64,000 bases of DNA, taken from positions 17,871 to 81,870 of the forward strand of contig CAKOIE010000001.1 of assembly GCA_934086395.1 (NCBI GenBank). The letters are read 5' to 3'. Numbering within the stretch: the stretch's first letter is position 1; the number at the start of each line of letters is the position of its first letter. The DNA comes from an uncultured Bacilli bacterium. Its GTDB lineage: Bacteria > Bacillota_I > Bacilli_A > RF39 > UBA660. Shown here piece by piece: positions 29,023-38,694 of the stretch. The position numbers and the translations under genes were made by a program. The notes below the pieces were generated by a model. That model worked only from the letters and a program-made list of their open reading frames with translations, did not search any database and was not told the DNA's origin.

Positions 29023-29634
29023 TCAATGCTTGGATTTGTAGTTTTGATTATAATATTTTTTGGTATATTTATCTAATTCATTTATAAAGATATTTGCATA
29101 ATGTCTAATTTCTTGTTGTTCAAAAATATTTTGTAGATAATCTTCTAAAATGATTTGTTCACAAAGTTTAATTGCTTCTTCGATAGAGCCTGTTAATGGT
29201 ATTTTAGTTATAAAATTAGAATTATCAGGCAATTGACAATATAAAAAATATAATTCAGCTTTTAAATCTTTCTTTGTAAATGATTCTAAGCCATCAAATA
29301 AAGTAAAATTATTAAAGTAAAAATCAGATAATGCTTTTTTTCTAATATCTAAATATTTATTTAATTTAATTTTTAGGGCGTCTTCTGGTTCATTTTTTTC
29401 ATTTTGTGTTAAACTATGAGTATTTAGTTCTTCTATAAGTATTTCATTTGCTTCATTTATTTGTTTGGTTATTTTTTCAGCTAAGTCTTGTTGTTCTTTT
29501 GATGAAGTTGCAAATTTATCAGGATGCCATTTAATTATTAATTTCCGATAAGATGATTTTAATTCTTCAAATGTATAATTAACTGGTAATTTAAATAGTT
29601 TTCTTGCTTCATAAAGATTCATTTTATTATCCAT
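29023..29634 (-). CDS. J-domain (DnaJ-like) protein, tandem paralogue 1
   Basis: J domain with HPD: NLYEARKLFKLPVNYTFEELKSSYRKLIIKWHPDKF. Start moved to M20 (ATG 29634), which follows AAAAGGAGAAAA. No Gly/Phe or zinc-finger regions. Confidence 0.7.
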   Translation of the reverse strand: MDNKMNLYEARKLFKLPVNYTFEELKSSYRKLIIKWHPDKFATSSKEQQDLAEKITKQINEANEILIEELNTHSLTQNEKNEPEDALKIKLNKYLDIRKKALSDFYFNNFTLFDGLESFTKKDLKAELYFLYCQLPDNSNFITKIPLTGSIEEAIKLCEQIILEDYLQNIFEQQEIRHYANIFINELDKYTKKYYNQNYKSKH

Positions 29635-29839
29635 TTTATATTTTCTCCTTTTGATGTCGTATATTGTAGCATATATATTAGGAAAATACAACTATTTAAA
29701 TGTATATAAATTAAAAATCAAAATTAAAAGACTTATTGCAGTTTTTCCAATCAAAACCTGAAATAAGTCTAATAAATCAAATATATTTTTATAAACCTGC
29801 ATTTAATCTAAAAATTCACGTTAGTGTTAAAAATTCGTA

Positions 29840-30460
29840 TCAATGATTGGATTTTAATTTTTGAGAATAATAATTTTTGGTATATTTATCTAATTCACTA
29901 AGAAAGTTATTTATATTTTCTCTAATATATTGTTCTTCGATAATATTTTGAAGATAATCTTCTAAAATGTTTGTTTCATAAAATTTAATTGTTTCTTCGA
30001 TAGAGCCTGTTAATAATATTGTAGTTATAAAAAGAGAATTATCAGGCAATTTATAATATAGATAATATAATTCATCATTTAATTCTTTATTAGTTAATGA
30101 TTCTAATTTGGAAAATAAAGTGAAGTTATCAAGATAAAGATCTAATAATGCCTGTTTTCGAATATTTAAATATTTATCTAATTGAATTTTTATATTTTTT
30201 AAGGCTTCTTTTAGTTCATTTTTTTCATTTTGAGTTAAACTATGACTATTTAGTTCTTCTATAAGTATTTCATTTGCTTCATTTATTTGTTTAGCTATTT
30301 TTTCAGCTAAGTCCTGTTGTTCTTTTGATGAAGTTGCAAATTTATCAGGATGCCATTTAATTATTAATTTACGATAAGATGATTTTAATTCTTCAAATGT
30401 ATAATTAACTGGTAATTTAAATAGTTTTCTTGCTTCATAAAGATTCATTTTATTATCCAT
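29840..30460 (-). CDS. J-domain (DnaJ-like) protein, tandem paralogue 2
   Basis: Nearly identical J domain. Start at M20 (ATG 30460). The copies are offset by 817 bp at the stop codons and 826 bp at the starts. Confidence 0.7.
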   Translation of the reverse strand: MDNKMNLYEARKLFKLPVNYTFEELKSSYRKLIIKWHPDKFATSSKEQQDLAEKIAKQINEANEILIEELNSHSLTQNEKNELKEALKNIKIQLDKYLNIRKQALLDLYLDNFTLFSKLESLTNKELNDELYYLYYKLPDNSLFITTILLTGSIEETIKFYETNILEDYLQNIIEEQYIRENINNFLSELDKYTKNYYSQKLKSNH

Positions 30461-30536
30461 TTTATATTTTCCCCTTTTGTTATCGTGTACTATAGCATAT
30501 ATGTCAAGGAAATACAACTATTTAAATGTATATACA

Positions 30537-30851
30537 TTAAAAATATATTTCTAATGTATTATCTATTTTATCTTCACTTTCAATAGAATATATTATTTTT
30601 AAGTATTCATCATTTTTTAAAATACTTTTAGTTTCTAATAGTAGATTTAAACTATAGTTATGTTCTTTTAACTCTATATTAGCATTGTTTTGTTTATAAT
30701 CTAAGGTATATTTATAACTAGCATCTTCTCTATATAAGATGTGATTTAGTAAATCTACTTTAATATTTTCAACCTCAAAAATATTATCATTAATGTTGCC
30801 ATCTTTTTCAAAGACAAGGGAATTGTTTTTATATAATTTTATTTTACTCAT
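30537..30851 (-). CDS. Hypothetical protein
   Basis: 104-aa ORF. No family recognised. Confidence 0.45.
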   Translation of the reverse strand: MSKIKLYKNNSLVFEKDGNINDNIFEVENIKVDLLNHILYREDASYKYTLDYKQNNANIELKEHNYSLNLLLETKSILKNDEYLKIIYSIESEDKIDNTLEIYF

Positions 30852-30907
30852 TAGTTACCACCTAAACGTATTTTAGCATAATATTTTGGTTAAATTCCAT
30901 AATAAAT

Positions 30908-32827
30908 ATGATGATTATGAAAAGAATGTATAATTTATATAGAATATTTCTTTTTTTGTGGATATCCTTTGTTGTTTGCATATGGGGTATTTATTTGTAT
31001 GCTTATATAAGTCCAAAGATTGTTCTTAATTCGGCAAATAGGATTTATTTATATGATAATAAGGAAGAATTAGTGTTTGAAAGTAATAACAATAATGATT
31101 GGGTTTCACTTAAGGATATATCTATGTATGTAACAAATGCGACTATTATTAGTGAGGATAAGAGTTTTTATAATCATAGTGGATTTGATTATTTAAGAAT
31201 TGGTAAGGCAATGTTTAATAATATTAAAAGTGGAACGATTGTAGAAGGGGCATCTACTATTTCCCAGCAATATGTTAAGAATTTGTATTTAGATTTTAAT
31301 CAAACTTGGAAAAGAAAGATTGATGAGGCATTTTTAACAATTAAATTAGAACTTAGATACTCTAAGGATGAGATATTGGAAGGATATTTAAATACGATTA
31401 ATTATGGACAAGGTAATTATGGGATTGCTAGTGCGAGTAAGTATTATTTTAATAAAAATGCGAGTGATTTAACACTTGAGGAAGCTTTGATGCTAGTAGG
31501 TATTCCAAGAAGTCCAGAAAATAATAATCCGATTGCTAATTATGATAATTGTATTAAAAGGGCTAAAATTATTGCTAGTTTGCTTGTTAAAAATGGTTAT
31601 ATAACTAAAGAAGAATATGATAATTTGTATAAAAATAAAATTGAAATTTATGGTAAAAGAGAAAGAAATAATATGAGTACTTTAATGTATTATAGTGATG
31701 CGGTTAATGAGGAGTTAAATAGTATTTCTTCGATTCCTAAAAGTTTGATTAAATCTGGTGGTATTAAAATTTATACTACTTTGGATGTTAATGCCCAAAA
31801 GAAGTTAGATGATTCGATTAAAGAAAATGGTAGTAATGAGGATGATGTTCAATTAGCGGGAATTCTTGTTAATCCGAAAACTGGTGGGGTACTAGCACTC
31901 GCTGGAGGAAAAAATTATGCAAGAAGCCAGTATAACCGCGTTACTCAATCTAAAAGACAAGTTGGTTCTACTATTAAACCTTTTCTTTATTATTCGGCTC
32001 TTGAAAATAATATGACAGAAAGTAGTAGGTTTTATAGTTCGAAAATTAGTTTTGTGTTTGGTAATAAGGAAACTTATACACCTAATAATTATTCTAATTT
32101 ATATGCAAATAAGGAGATTACGATGGCGGCGGCTCTTGCCTATTCGGATAATATTTATGCGGTTAAGACACATTTGTTTTTAGGTGAAGAACAACTAGTT
32201 AAAACTATGAAAATGGCGGGACTAAAAGAAAAATTAAATCCAGTACCTTCACTTGCGCTTGGTTCTCAAGAACTTAATATGCTCGATTACGCTAATAGTT
32301 ATGTAACTCTTGCTAATTATGGAACTACAAATGAAACCTATTTTATTGAACGTGTTGAGGATGTTAATGGAAATCTTTTATATAAACATAAGGAAAACTC
32401 TAAAGAGGTTTTTAATAAGGATTCAGTGTTTATAATTAATGAGATGATGACAAACACATATAATCCGGCTTTTATTGATTATCTAAACCCAACTATTATT
32501 TATTTAAATAGTAAGATTTCAAGAAAATATGCAATTAAAAGTGGGACTACTGATAATGATTATTGGATTGTTGGATATAATCCTGATGCCTTAATGATGG
32601 TATGGGCTGGTAATGACATGAATAAGAATGTTAATTCGGTTTATAGCAAAAAAATAAAAAATATATGGTGTGATACGATTGAAGAATATCTTAAGGATAA
32701 GGAAACTAGTTGGTATGAACCTTCAAATAATATTATTGGTATTCCACTAGATGCAGTGTCTGGTGATACTCCTAAAAGTAGTAAAAATACGGTAATTTAT
32801 TATTATAAAAAAGGTACGGAAAATTAA
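30908..32827 (+). CDS. Class A penicillin-binding protein (glycosyltransferase plus transpeptidase)
   Basis: 639 aa. Contains a TM anchor, the GT51 motifs EDKSFYNHSGFD, GASTISQQ and RKIDEA, and the TPase motifs STIKP, SDN and KSGTT. Confidence 0.88.
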   Translation: MMIMKRMYNLYRIFLFLWISFVVCIWGIYLYAYISPKIVLNSANRIYLYDNKEELVFESNNNNDWVSLKDISMYVTNATIISEDKSFYNHSGFDYLRIGKAMFNNIKSGTIVEGASTISQQYVKNLYLDFNQTWKRKIDEAFLTIKLELRYSKDEILEGYLNTINYGQGNYGIASASKYYFNKNASDLTLEEALMLVGIPRSPENNNPIANYDNCIKRAKIIASLLVKNGYITKEEYDNLYKNKIEIYGKRERNNMSTLMYYSDAVNEELNSISSIPKSLIKSGGIKIYTTLDVNAQKKLDDSIKENGSNEDDVQLAGILVNPKTGGVLALAGGKNYARSQYNRVTQSKRQVGSTIKPFLYYSALENNMTESSRFYSSKISFVFGNKETYTPNNYSNLYANKEITMAAALAYSDNIYAVKTHLFLGEEQLVKTMKMAGLKEKLNPVPSLALGSQELNMLDYANSYVTLANYGTTNETYFIERVEDVNGNLLYKHKENSKEVFNKDSVFIINEMMTNTYNPAFIDYLNPTIIYLNSKISRKYAIKSGTTDNDYWIVGYNPDALMMVWAGNDMNKNVNSVYSKKIKNIWCDTIEEYLKDKETSWYEPSNNIIGIPLDAVSGDTPKSSKNTVIYYYKKGTEN

Positions 32828-32828
32828 A

Positions 32829-32859
32829 AATGACTTATGAAAATTAATCATAGGTCATT
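32829..32859. terminator. Bidirectional hairpin between the convergent PBP and noc-like genes
   Basis: AATGACTTATGA (32829-40) pairs with TCATAGGTCATT (32848-59), one G-U pair. T-rich tracts lie on both sides. The hairpin overlaps the noc-like TGA stop. Confidence 0.5.
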
Positions 32860-34087
32860 TATTTATTTTAATTATTGCTTGATATAAATCTGAAAAATCG
32901 TAATCTTCAAATTCAATATTGAAACCAGCATCTTTTATTTCTTTATTTAAATCAGAGATGGCTTTTTTTACACTATTTAAATCTTTTGGTATAATTCTTG
33001 GCTTAGGTGGTTCAACTGGTGTTTCGGGTACAACGATTGGTTCTGTTACTTCTAATTTTGGTTCTTCTTTTTCTTCACTAATTGGTTCTTCAGGTTGTTC
33101 TGGTACCAAAATATCACTTTCGATGCCTAAATCCATATTTGTTTGTAAATCTTCTAGAGATGGATAATCTGGTTTTGGTTCTTTTCCAATTGTTGGAATA
33201 TCAAATATATTTGTACTATTATCAGGTTGAGGTTTTGTTGGTACTTGTTCTTTTTCTTGAATTTCCTTAATTTCAGGATCTGGGTTTACTTCAATAGTTT
33301 CTTCTTTTGGAACTGGTTCTATTTTAGATTCAGTTATTGGTTGATCCTCTTTTGATTCAACAACTGGTGGAACAAATTTTGGCTCTTGATCACTTAATGG
33401 TTCTTCAGGAAATTTTACATTAAATAAATCTAATGAATCACTAATATTAGGAACCTCTGGTATTTTAAATGATAGATTTGGACTTATTGGACTAGTTAAC
33501 TTGCTTATTTCATTATCTAAATCTTTAACTGTTAATCTTTCATTAATAACTTTGTTTAACATTTCTTCTTGTTTATCTAGTGATGATAATTTGAGTAATG
33601 CTCTTGCATGACGCTCACTTATTTTATTTTCACTTAAGGCTTGTTTAACAGGTTCGGCAAGACTTAGAAGTCTTAATTTATTAGCAATAGTACTTTGAGA
33701 TACACCTATTTCTTTAGCTAGTTCTTCTTGCGTTTTTAAACCTTGGTCTAATATTCTCTTATACGATTTTGCTTCTTCCATTGGGTTTAAATTTCTTCTT
33801 TGAACATTTTCAATAACAGCTACTTGAGCACTTTTATAATCACTTAAATTTCTAACGATAACGGGTACTTTAGTTAGGCCAGCAAGACATGCAGCTTTGT
33901 AACGTCTTTCACCTGCAATAATTTCATATTTATCATTTAATTGTCTTACGATAATTGGTTCAATAATTCCATGTTCTTTTATAGAATCAGCAAGTTCATT
34001 TAAAGCCTTTTCATCAAAAACAAGACGTGGTTGAAAACGATTTGGGATTATTAAATCTATACTTACATTTAAAATTGCATTTTCCAT
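32855..34087 (-). CDS. noc: ParB-family protein, Noc-like, with a ~170-aa Pro/Glu-rich insert
   Basis: 410 aa. Contains IIPNRFQPR, IIAGERRYKA and the HTH GVSQSTIANKLRLLSL...ISERHARAL (B. subtilis Noc: GKGQSTIANKLRLLKL...ITERHARAL). The C-terminus ..AGFNIEFEDYDFSDLYQAIIKINK resembles the Noc C-terminus. It sits in the rsmG-proximal position. Confidence 0.65.
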   Translation of the reverse strand: MENAILNVSIDLIIPNRFQPRLVFDEKALNELADSIKEHGIIEPIIVRQLNDKYEIIAGERRYKAACLAGLTKVPVIVRNLSDYKSAQVAVIENVQRRNLNPMEEAKSYKRILDQGLKTQEELAKEIGVSQSTIANKLRLLSLAEPVKQALSENKISERHARALLKLSSLDKQEEMLNKVINERLTVKDLDNEISKLTSPISPNLSFKIPEVPNISDSLDLFNVKFPEEPLSDQEPKFVPPVVESKEDQPITESKIEPVPKEETIEVNPDPEIKEIQEKEQVPTKPQPDNSTNIFDIPTIGKEPKPDYPSLEDLQTNMDLGIESDILVPEQPEEPISEEKEEPKLEVTEPIVVPETPVEPPKPRIIPKDLNSVKKAISDLNKEIKDAGFNIEFEDYDFSDLYQAIIKINK

Positions 34088-34371
34088 AAATACCCTTCCT
34101 ATTCTAAAATTAATTTTACTTTATTTTGGTAGTTATTTCAATGGAAAAATTTAATTCAATTAAAAACTTTGTTAGATTAAGTAAAAACTTTATTGGTTAA
34201 TATTTCTTATTTAATCAATGTTTTAAATGAAAATTATAGTATTTCTTGGTAAGCTTAACAATAAATTAAATTGTATTTAAAAATTTTATTCACATTATCT
34301 ATTTTAATATCTATTAACGTTATTGAAATTATTATATAATTATTATAATAAAAATTAAGAGGTGTGTCTAA

Positions 34372-36075
34372 GTGAAAAAGTATTTATTAAAAGTTAAAAA
34401 ATTAATGGTATTATTAATTTTAATATATGCTATGATTTCTTTAGTTAGTTTATTTAATCCAATAGTTAGTGCCAGGTTATTAACAAGCTTAACTGAATTA
34501 AATATAAATCAAACATATAAGTTTGGAACACTATTTTTCTTAGTATCTGTTATGACTGGCATATTTAATAAATTAGCTGTTAAAGTATTATCTTATATTG
34601 AAGAAAGATTATTATATGAAATTAGATGTGATATGATTGAAAGATTAATGAATTATAAAATTAAAAATTTTGATAATAGTTCTTCTGGAGAATTTTTAAA
34701 TAAAATAAAAAATGATCCTCAAGATATAGTTTCTGTTTTTAGTATTGTTCAATATAATATTTTTAATATAGTAACAGAATTTTTTATGTTAATTTATGTT
34801 TTTTATCTTAATTTTTTATTAGGTATAATTTATTTTATTGGAATTATCTTTATTTATTTTTACGAAAAATATTCATATATAAGATTAGAAAAATTACAGA
34901 ACAATTTAAAAAATCAAATGGATAAAAATGATTCAACTATTACCGAAATTATTAGAGGAATAAAGGATATTAAATTGCTTGGAATTTCTAATAAGATTAA
35001 AGGTAACACTATGAAATCATTTGAAGAACAAGTTAAAAATAATGCAAGTATAAATATATTTCAAAATAATATTTATAATAATGTTGAAATGTGTAAGGTG
35101 GTTATTACAGCATTGATTATATTTGTTGGCTTATTTTTAATAAATAATAATTTATTAACTTTATCGACATTTTTAATTATATTTTTATATCGTAATGATA
35201 TTTTTTCTTTAATTTTTAGTTATACATCTTTAAAGGAATATTTGGTAAGATATAAAGTTGCTAAAAATCGAATTAGGGAATTGTTTGATGAAAATAAATA
35301 TCCTATTCAAAAATATGGAGATATTGATTTAAAAAATATAAATGGAATTATTGAATTTAAAAATGTTACTTTTTCATATGATAATAAAAGAAAAGTTCTT
35401 GATAATATTTCATTTAAAATTGATAAATGTGAAGATGTTGCAATTGTTGGTAAAAGTGGTAGTGGTAAAAGTACTATATTTAATTTATTAACGAAATGCT
35501 ATGACAATTATCAGGGAACAATTTTTATTGATGGTGTAGATATTAGGGATTTATCTTACTCATCTATAACTAATAATATTTCAATAATTAATCAAAATCC
35601 TTATTTGTTTAATTTAACAATAAAAGAAAATTTAAAATTACTTGATAGAAATATCACTGACAAAGAAATGATTGTAGCTTGTAAAATTGCTAATATTCAT
35701 GAAGATATTATAAAGTTACCAAATAAATATAACACATTGTTAGGCGAAGGTGGACTTAATTTATCAGGTGGTCAAAAACAAAGGCTTGCAATTGCTAGAG
35801 CACTTTTAAAAAAAAGCAAAATATTATTATTTGATGAAGCAACAAGTAGTCTTGATAATATAACTCAAAAAAATGTCCAAACAGCAATTAAAAAGATTTC
35901 AAAAGATTGCACTATTGTTACAATAGCACATCGTTTTTCAACAATTATAGATGTTAATAAGATAATTGTTTTAAAAGATGGAAAAAAAGTTATTGAGGGG
36001 AAGCATGAAGATTTATTAAATAATGATTATTATAATAGCTTATATATTTCAGATAAAATAGTTGATGATAAATAA
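34372..36075 (+). CDS. ABC exporter, fused permease/ATPase
   Basis: 567 aa with a GTG start. Six-TM N-terminal domain, then GKSGSGKST, LSGGQKQR and LLFDEATS. Confidence 0.85.
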   Translation: MKKYLLKVKKLMVLLILIYAMISLVSLFNPIVSARLLTSLTELNINQTYKFGTLFFLVSVMTGIFNKLAVKVLSYIEERLLYEIRCDMIERLMNYKIKNFDNSSSGEFLNKIKNDPQDIVSVFSIVQYNIFNIVTEFFMLIYVFYLNFLLGIIYFIGIIFIYFYEKYSYIRLEKLQNNLKNQMDKNDSTITEIIRGIKDIKLLGISNKIKGNTMKSFEEQVKNNASINIFQNNIYNNVEMCKVVITALIIFVGLFLINNNLLTLSTFLIIFLYRNDIFSLIFSYTSLKEYLVRYKVAKNRIRELFDENKYPIQKYGDIDLKNINGIIEFKNVTFSYDNKRKVLDNISFKIDKCEDVAIVGKSGSGKSTIFNLLTKCYDNYQGTIFIDGVDIRDLSYSSITNNISIINQNPYLFNLTIKENLKLLDRNITDKEMIVACKIANIHEDIIKLPNKYNTLLGEGGLNLSGGQKQRLAIARALLKKSKILLFDEATSSLDNITQKNVQTAIKKISKDCTIVTIAHRFSTIIDVNKIIVLKDGKKVIEGKHEDLLNNDYYNSLYISDKIVDDK

Positions 36076-36094
36076 TTAGATATAAAATATTTAA

Positions 36095-36130
36095 TAAAAA
36101 AATCAGAAGGATTATTTCTTTCTGATTTTT
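36095..36130. terminator. Bidirectional intrinsic terminator (ABC exporter / rsmG)
   Basis: ATCAGAA (36102-08) pairs with TTCTGAT (36120-26), flanked by an A7 run and a T4AT3 run. Confidence 0.6.
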
Positions 36131-36833
36131 ATTTCAATGGTTTTTTTGTTATTTTATCATAATTTCTTGGATAAATAGATGGTGTTTCATTTACTTTTGT
36201 TATTTTAATTAAAGTTCTTAGCGATTCTTCTTTGGGTAAATTAAATTTTTGAATATCAGTTATTTCTCCACCTAAGATTTTAATACCTGATTTACTATTT
36301 TCTAATTCAGTACTAGCATCTGCTTTCATTAAAACTAAATTACCACCTATTTTTAGAAATGGTATACATAATTCATCTAAAACTGGCATGTTTGATACTG
36401 CTCTTGCGACAACTATGTCATATTTATTGCCTTTTTTAAAGAAATTTTCAGCACGATCATTTATTATATTTATATCTGTTAATTTTAATTTGTTAATAAC
36501 ATATCTTTGAAATTCACTTTTTTTATTATTACTATCTAATAAAGTTAATTTTAAATTGGGATATACTATTTTTATAACTATTCCGGGAAAACCGCCACCT
36601 GAGCCAACATCTAGAACTGATAAATCTTTAGTTAAATCGATTATTTTAGATAGGGTTAGTGAATCATAAAAGTGTTTTAAGTAAATGCTTTCTTTATCAG
36701 TAATAGCGGTTATATTGGTATGTTTGTTATATTCAATTAAAATATTAGCATATTTTTCTAAAGATTCTAATTGAGTGTCAGTTAGGCTTATTCCTAATTT
36801 TGATAATTCACTTTTAAATTCTTCTTTATTCAT
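36129..36833 (-). CDS. rsmG: 16S rRNA (guanine527-N7)-methyltransferase
   Basis: 234 aa. Contains VLDVGSGGGFPGIV. Follows mnmG. Confidence 0.88.
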   Translation of the reverse strand: MNKEEFKSELSKLGISLTDTQLESLEKYANILIEYNKHTNITAITDKESIYLKHFYDSLTLSKIIDLTKDLSVLDVGSGGGFPGIVIKIVYPNLKLTLLDSNNKKSEFQRYVINKLKLTDINIINDRAENFFKKGNKYDIVVARAVSNMPVLDELCIPFLKIGGNLVLMKADASTELENSKSGIKILGGEITDIQKFNLPKEESLRTLIKITKVNETPSIYPRNYDKITKKPLK

Positions 36834-38685
36834 GAGGATATTCCTTTTTTAAATATATTGAAAGAACAGATATATCTACTGGGTTAACACCACTTATTCT
36901 TGATGCTTGAGCAATTGTTCTAGGATGAACTTGTTTTAATTTTATTCTTGCTTCACTAGCAAGATTCTTTACTTTGTCATAATCAATATCTTCAGGTATT
37001 TCTTTTTCTTCAAGTTTTAATAACTTCTCTGCTTCTTGTTCTTCTTTAGCAATATATCCTTCATATTTAACGGCAAATGTGACTTGTTCTTTTACTTCAG
37101 CACTATATTCATTTGGAACTAAATTATTTTCGATTAATAAATCTAATGTGATTTCCGGACGTTTTAATAATTCGTATAGACTTACTCCGCTATTTAAATT
37201 AACTATTTCTTTTAATGAATCAGGTATTGTACTTGGGGTAATACGAGTTTCTTTTAGATAATTTAATAATGTTTGAATATTTGATAATTTTTTAAGTAAA
37301 CGATTATGTTGTTCTTCAGATATTAAACCTACTTGATAACCATAGTCTCTTAATCTAATATCAGCGTTATCATGTCTTAGTAATAAACGATATTCAGCAC
37401 GTGATGTTAATAAACGATATGGTTCTTTGGTTCCTTTGGTTACTAAATCGTCAATTAAAACACCGATGTATGATTCGTTTCTTTTTAAGATTAGTGGTTC
37501 TTTTCCTTGTAATTTAAGTCCAGCATTAATTCCAGCAATTATACCTTGACCGGCTGCTTCTTCATATCCACTTGTTCCATTAATTTGTCCAGCAGTAAAT
37601 AAATTATTAATTACTTTTGTTTCTAAAGATGGCTTTAATTGTAAGGGATTGATTGCATCATATTCAATAGCATAAGCATATTTTAATATTTTGGCATGTT
37701 CTAATCCAGGAAGACTATGAACCATTAATTCTTGAACATCTTCTGGCATACTTGTTGAAAATCCTTGTAAGTAAATATCATCATAGTAAAGACTTTCTGG
37801 TTCTAAGAATAATTGATGTCTTTCTTTATCGGCAAAACGGACTACTTTATCTTCAATTGATGGACAATATCTTGGACCTATTCCTTCGGCATATCCACCA
37901 TACATAGCTGATTTTGTTAGATTCTTTCTAATTATTTCATGAGTTTCAGGAGTTGTATAAACTATGTGACACTTAATTTGTTTGTCTTTATCATATAATG
38001 GACCGTTATCAAAACTAAATGTCCAATAGCAATCATCACCACATTCTTCTTTTAATTTACTAAAATCAATAGTTGAACGATCTAATCTTTGAGGTGTACC
38101 TGTTTTTAATCTTTGAATTTCAAATCCATAAGATTTTAAAACATTGCTTAAATTGTTAGAACGTTTTTCACCATGAGGTCCTTCTTCTTTACTAGTACTT
38201 CCTACTAATATTTTGCTTCTTAGATATGTTCCAGTTGTTAAAATTAAGGCATTACATAGTATTTTTGTATTATCTGCTAATATTATTCCTTTAATTGTAT
38301 TATTTTCAACAATTAAATTTTCTACCATTCCTTCAATTATGGTTAAGTTTTCAAGTGAATTTAAAGCTTTTAACATTTCTCTTGGGTACGTTATTTTATC
38401 ACCTTGGGCACGTAATGACCTTACAGCAGGGCCTTTAGCGTTATTAAGCATTTTGATTTGAATATGGGTTTTATCTGCAATTTTACCCATTAATCCACCT
38501 AAGGCATCTATTTCACGAACCACTATACCTTTTGCTGTTCCACCTATTGATGGATTGCATGGCATATCGGCTATATTTTTTACATTTGCAGTAACTAATG
38601 CGGTTTTTAGACCCATTTTGGCTGAAGCATTGGCTGCTTCACATCCAGCATGACCACCACCGACAACTATTACATCATATTTCAT
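36826..38685 (-). CDS. mnmG: tRNA uridine-5-carboxymethylaminomethyl modification enzyme MnmG (GidA)
   Basis: 619 aa. Contains VVGGGHAGCEAA and conserved GidA blocks throughout. Confidence 0.92.
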   Translation of the reverse strand: MKYDVIVVGGGHAGCEAANASAKMGLKTALVTANVKNIADMPCNPSIGGTAKGIVVREIDALGGLMGKIADKTHIQIKMLNNAKGPAVRSLRAQGDKITYPREMLKALNSLENLTIIEGMVENLIVENNTIKGIILADNTKILCNALILTTGTYLRSKILVGSTSKEEGPHGEKRSNNLSNVLKSYGFEIQRLKTGTPQRLDRSTIDFSKLKEECGDDCYWTFSFDNGPLYDKDKQIKCHIVYTTPETHEIIRKNLTKSAMYGGYAEGIGPRYCPSIEDKVVRFADKERHQLFLEPESLYYDDIYLQGFSTSMPEDVQELMVHSLPGLEHAKILKYAYAIEYDAINPLQLKPSLETKVINNLFTAGQINGTSGYEEAAGQGIIAGINAGLKLQGKEPLILKRNESYIGVLIDDLVTKGTKEPYRLLTSRAEYRLLLRHDNADIRLRDYGYQVGLISEEQHNRLLKKLSNIQTLLNYLKETRITPSTIPDSLKEIVNLNSGVSLYELLKRPEITLDLLIENNLVPNEYSAEVKEQVTFAVKYEGYIAKEEQEAEKLLKLEEKEIPEDIDYDKVKNLASEARIKLKQVHPRTIAQASRISGVNPVDISVLSIYLKKEYPHE

Positions 38686-38694
38686 TTTTATTCC

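Noticed and set aside
32855-32857. Alternative genetic code (TGA = Trp, Mollicutes-like), given the extreme AT content
   Set aside because: All conserved proteins are full-length under the standard code with no need to read through TGA. TGA terminates the noc-like gene at the expected C-terminus. The presence of sporulation genes also argues against Mollicutes.
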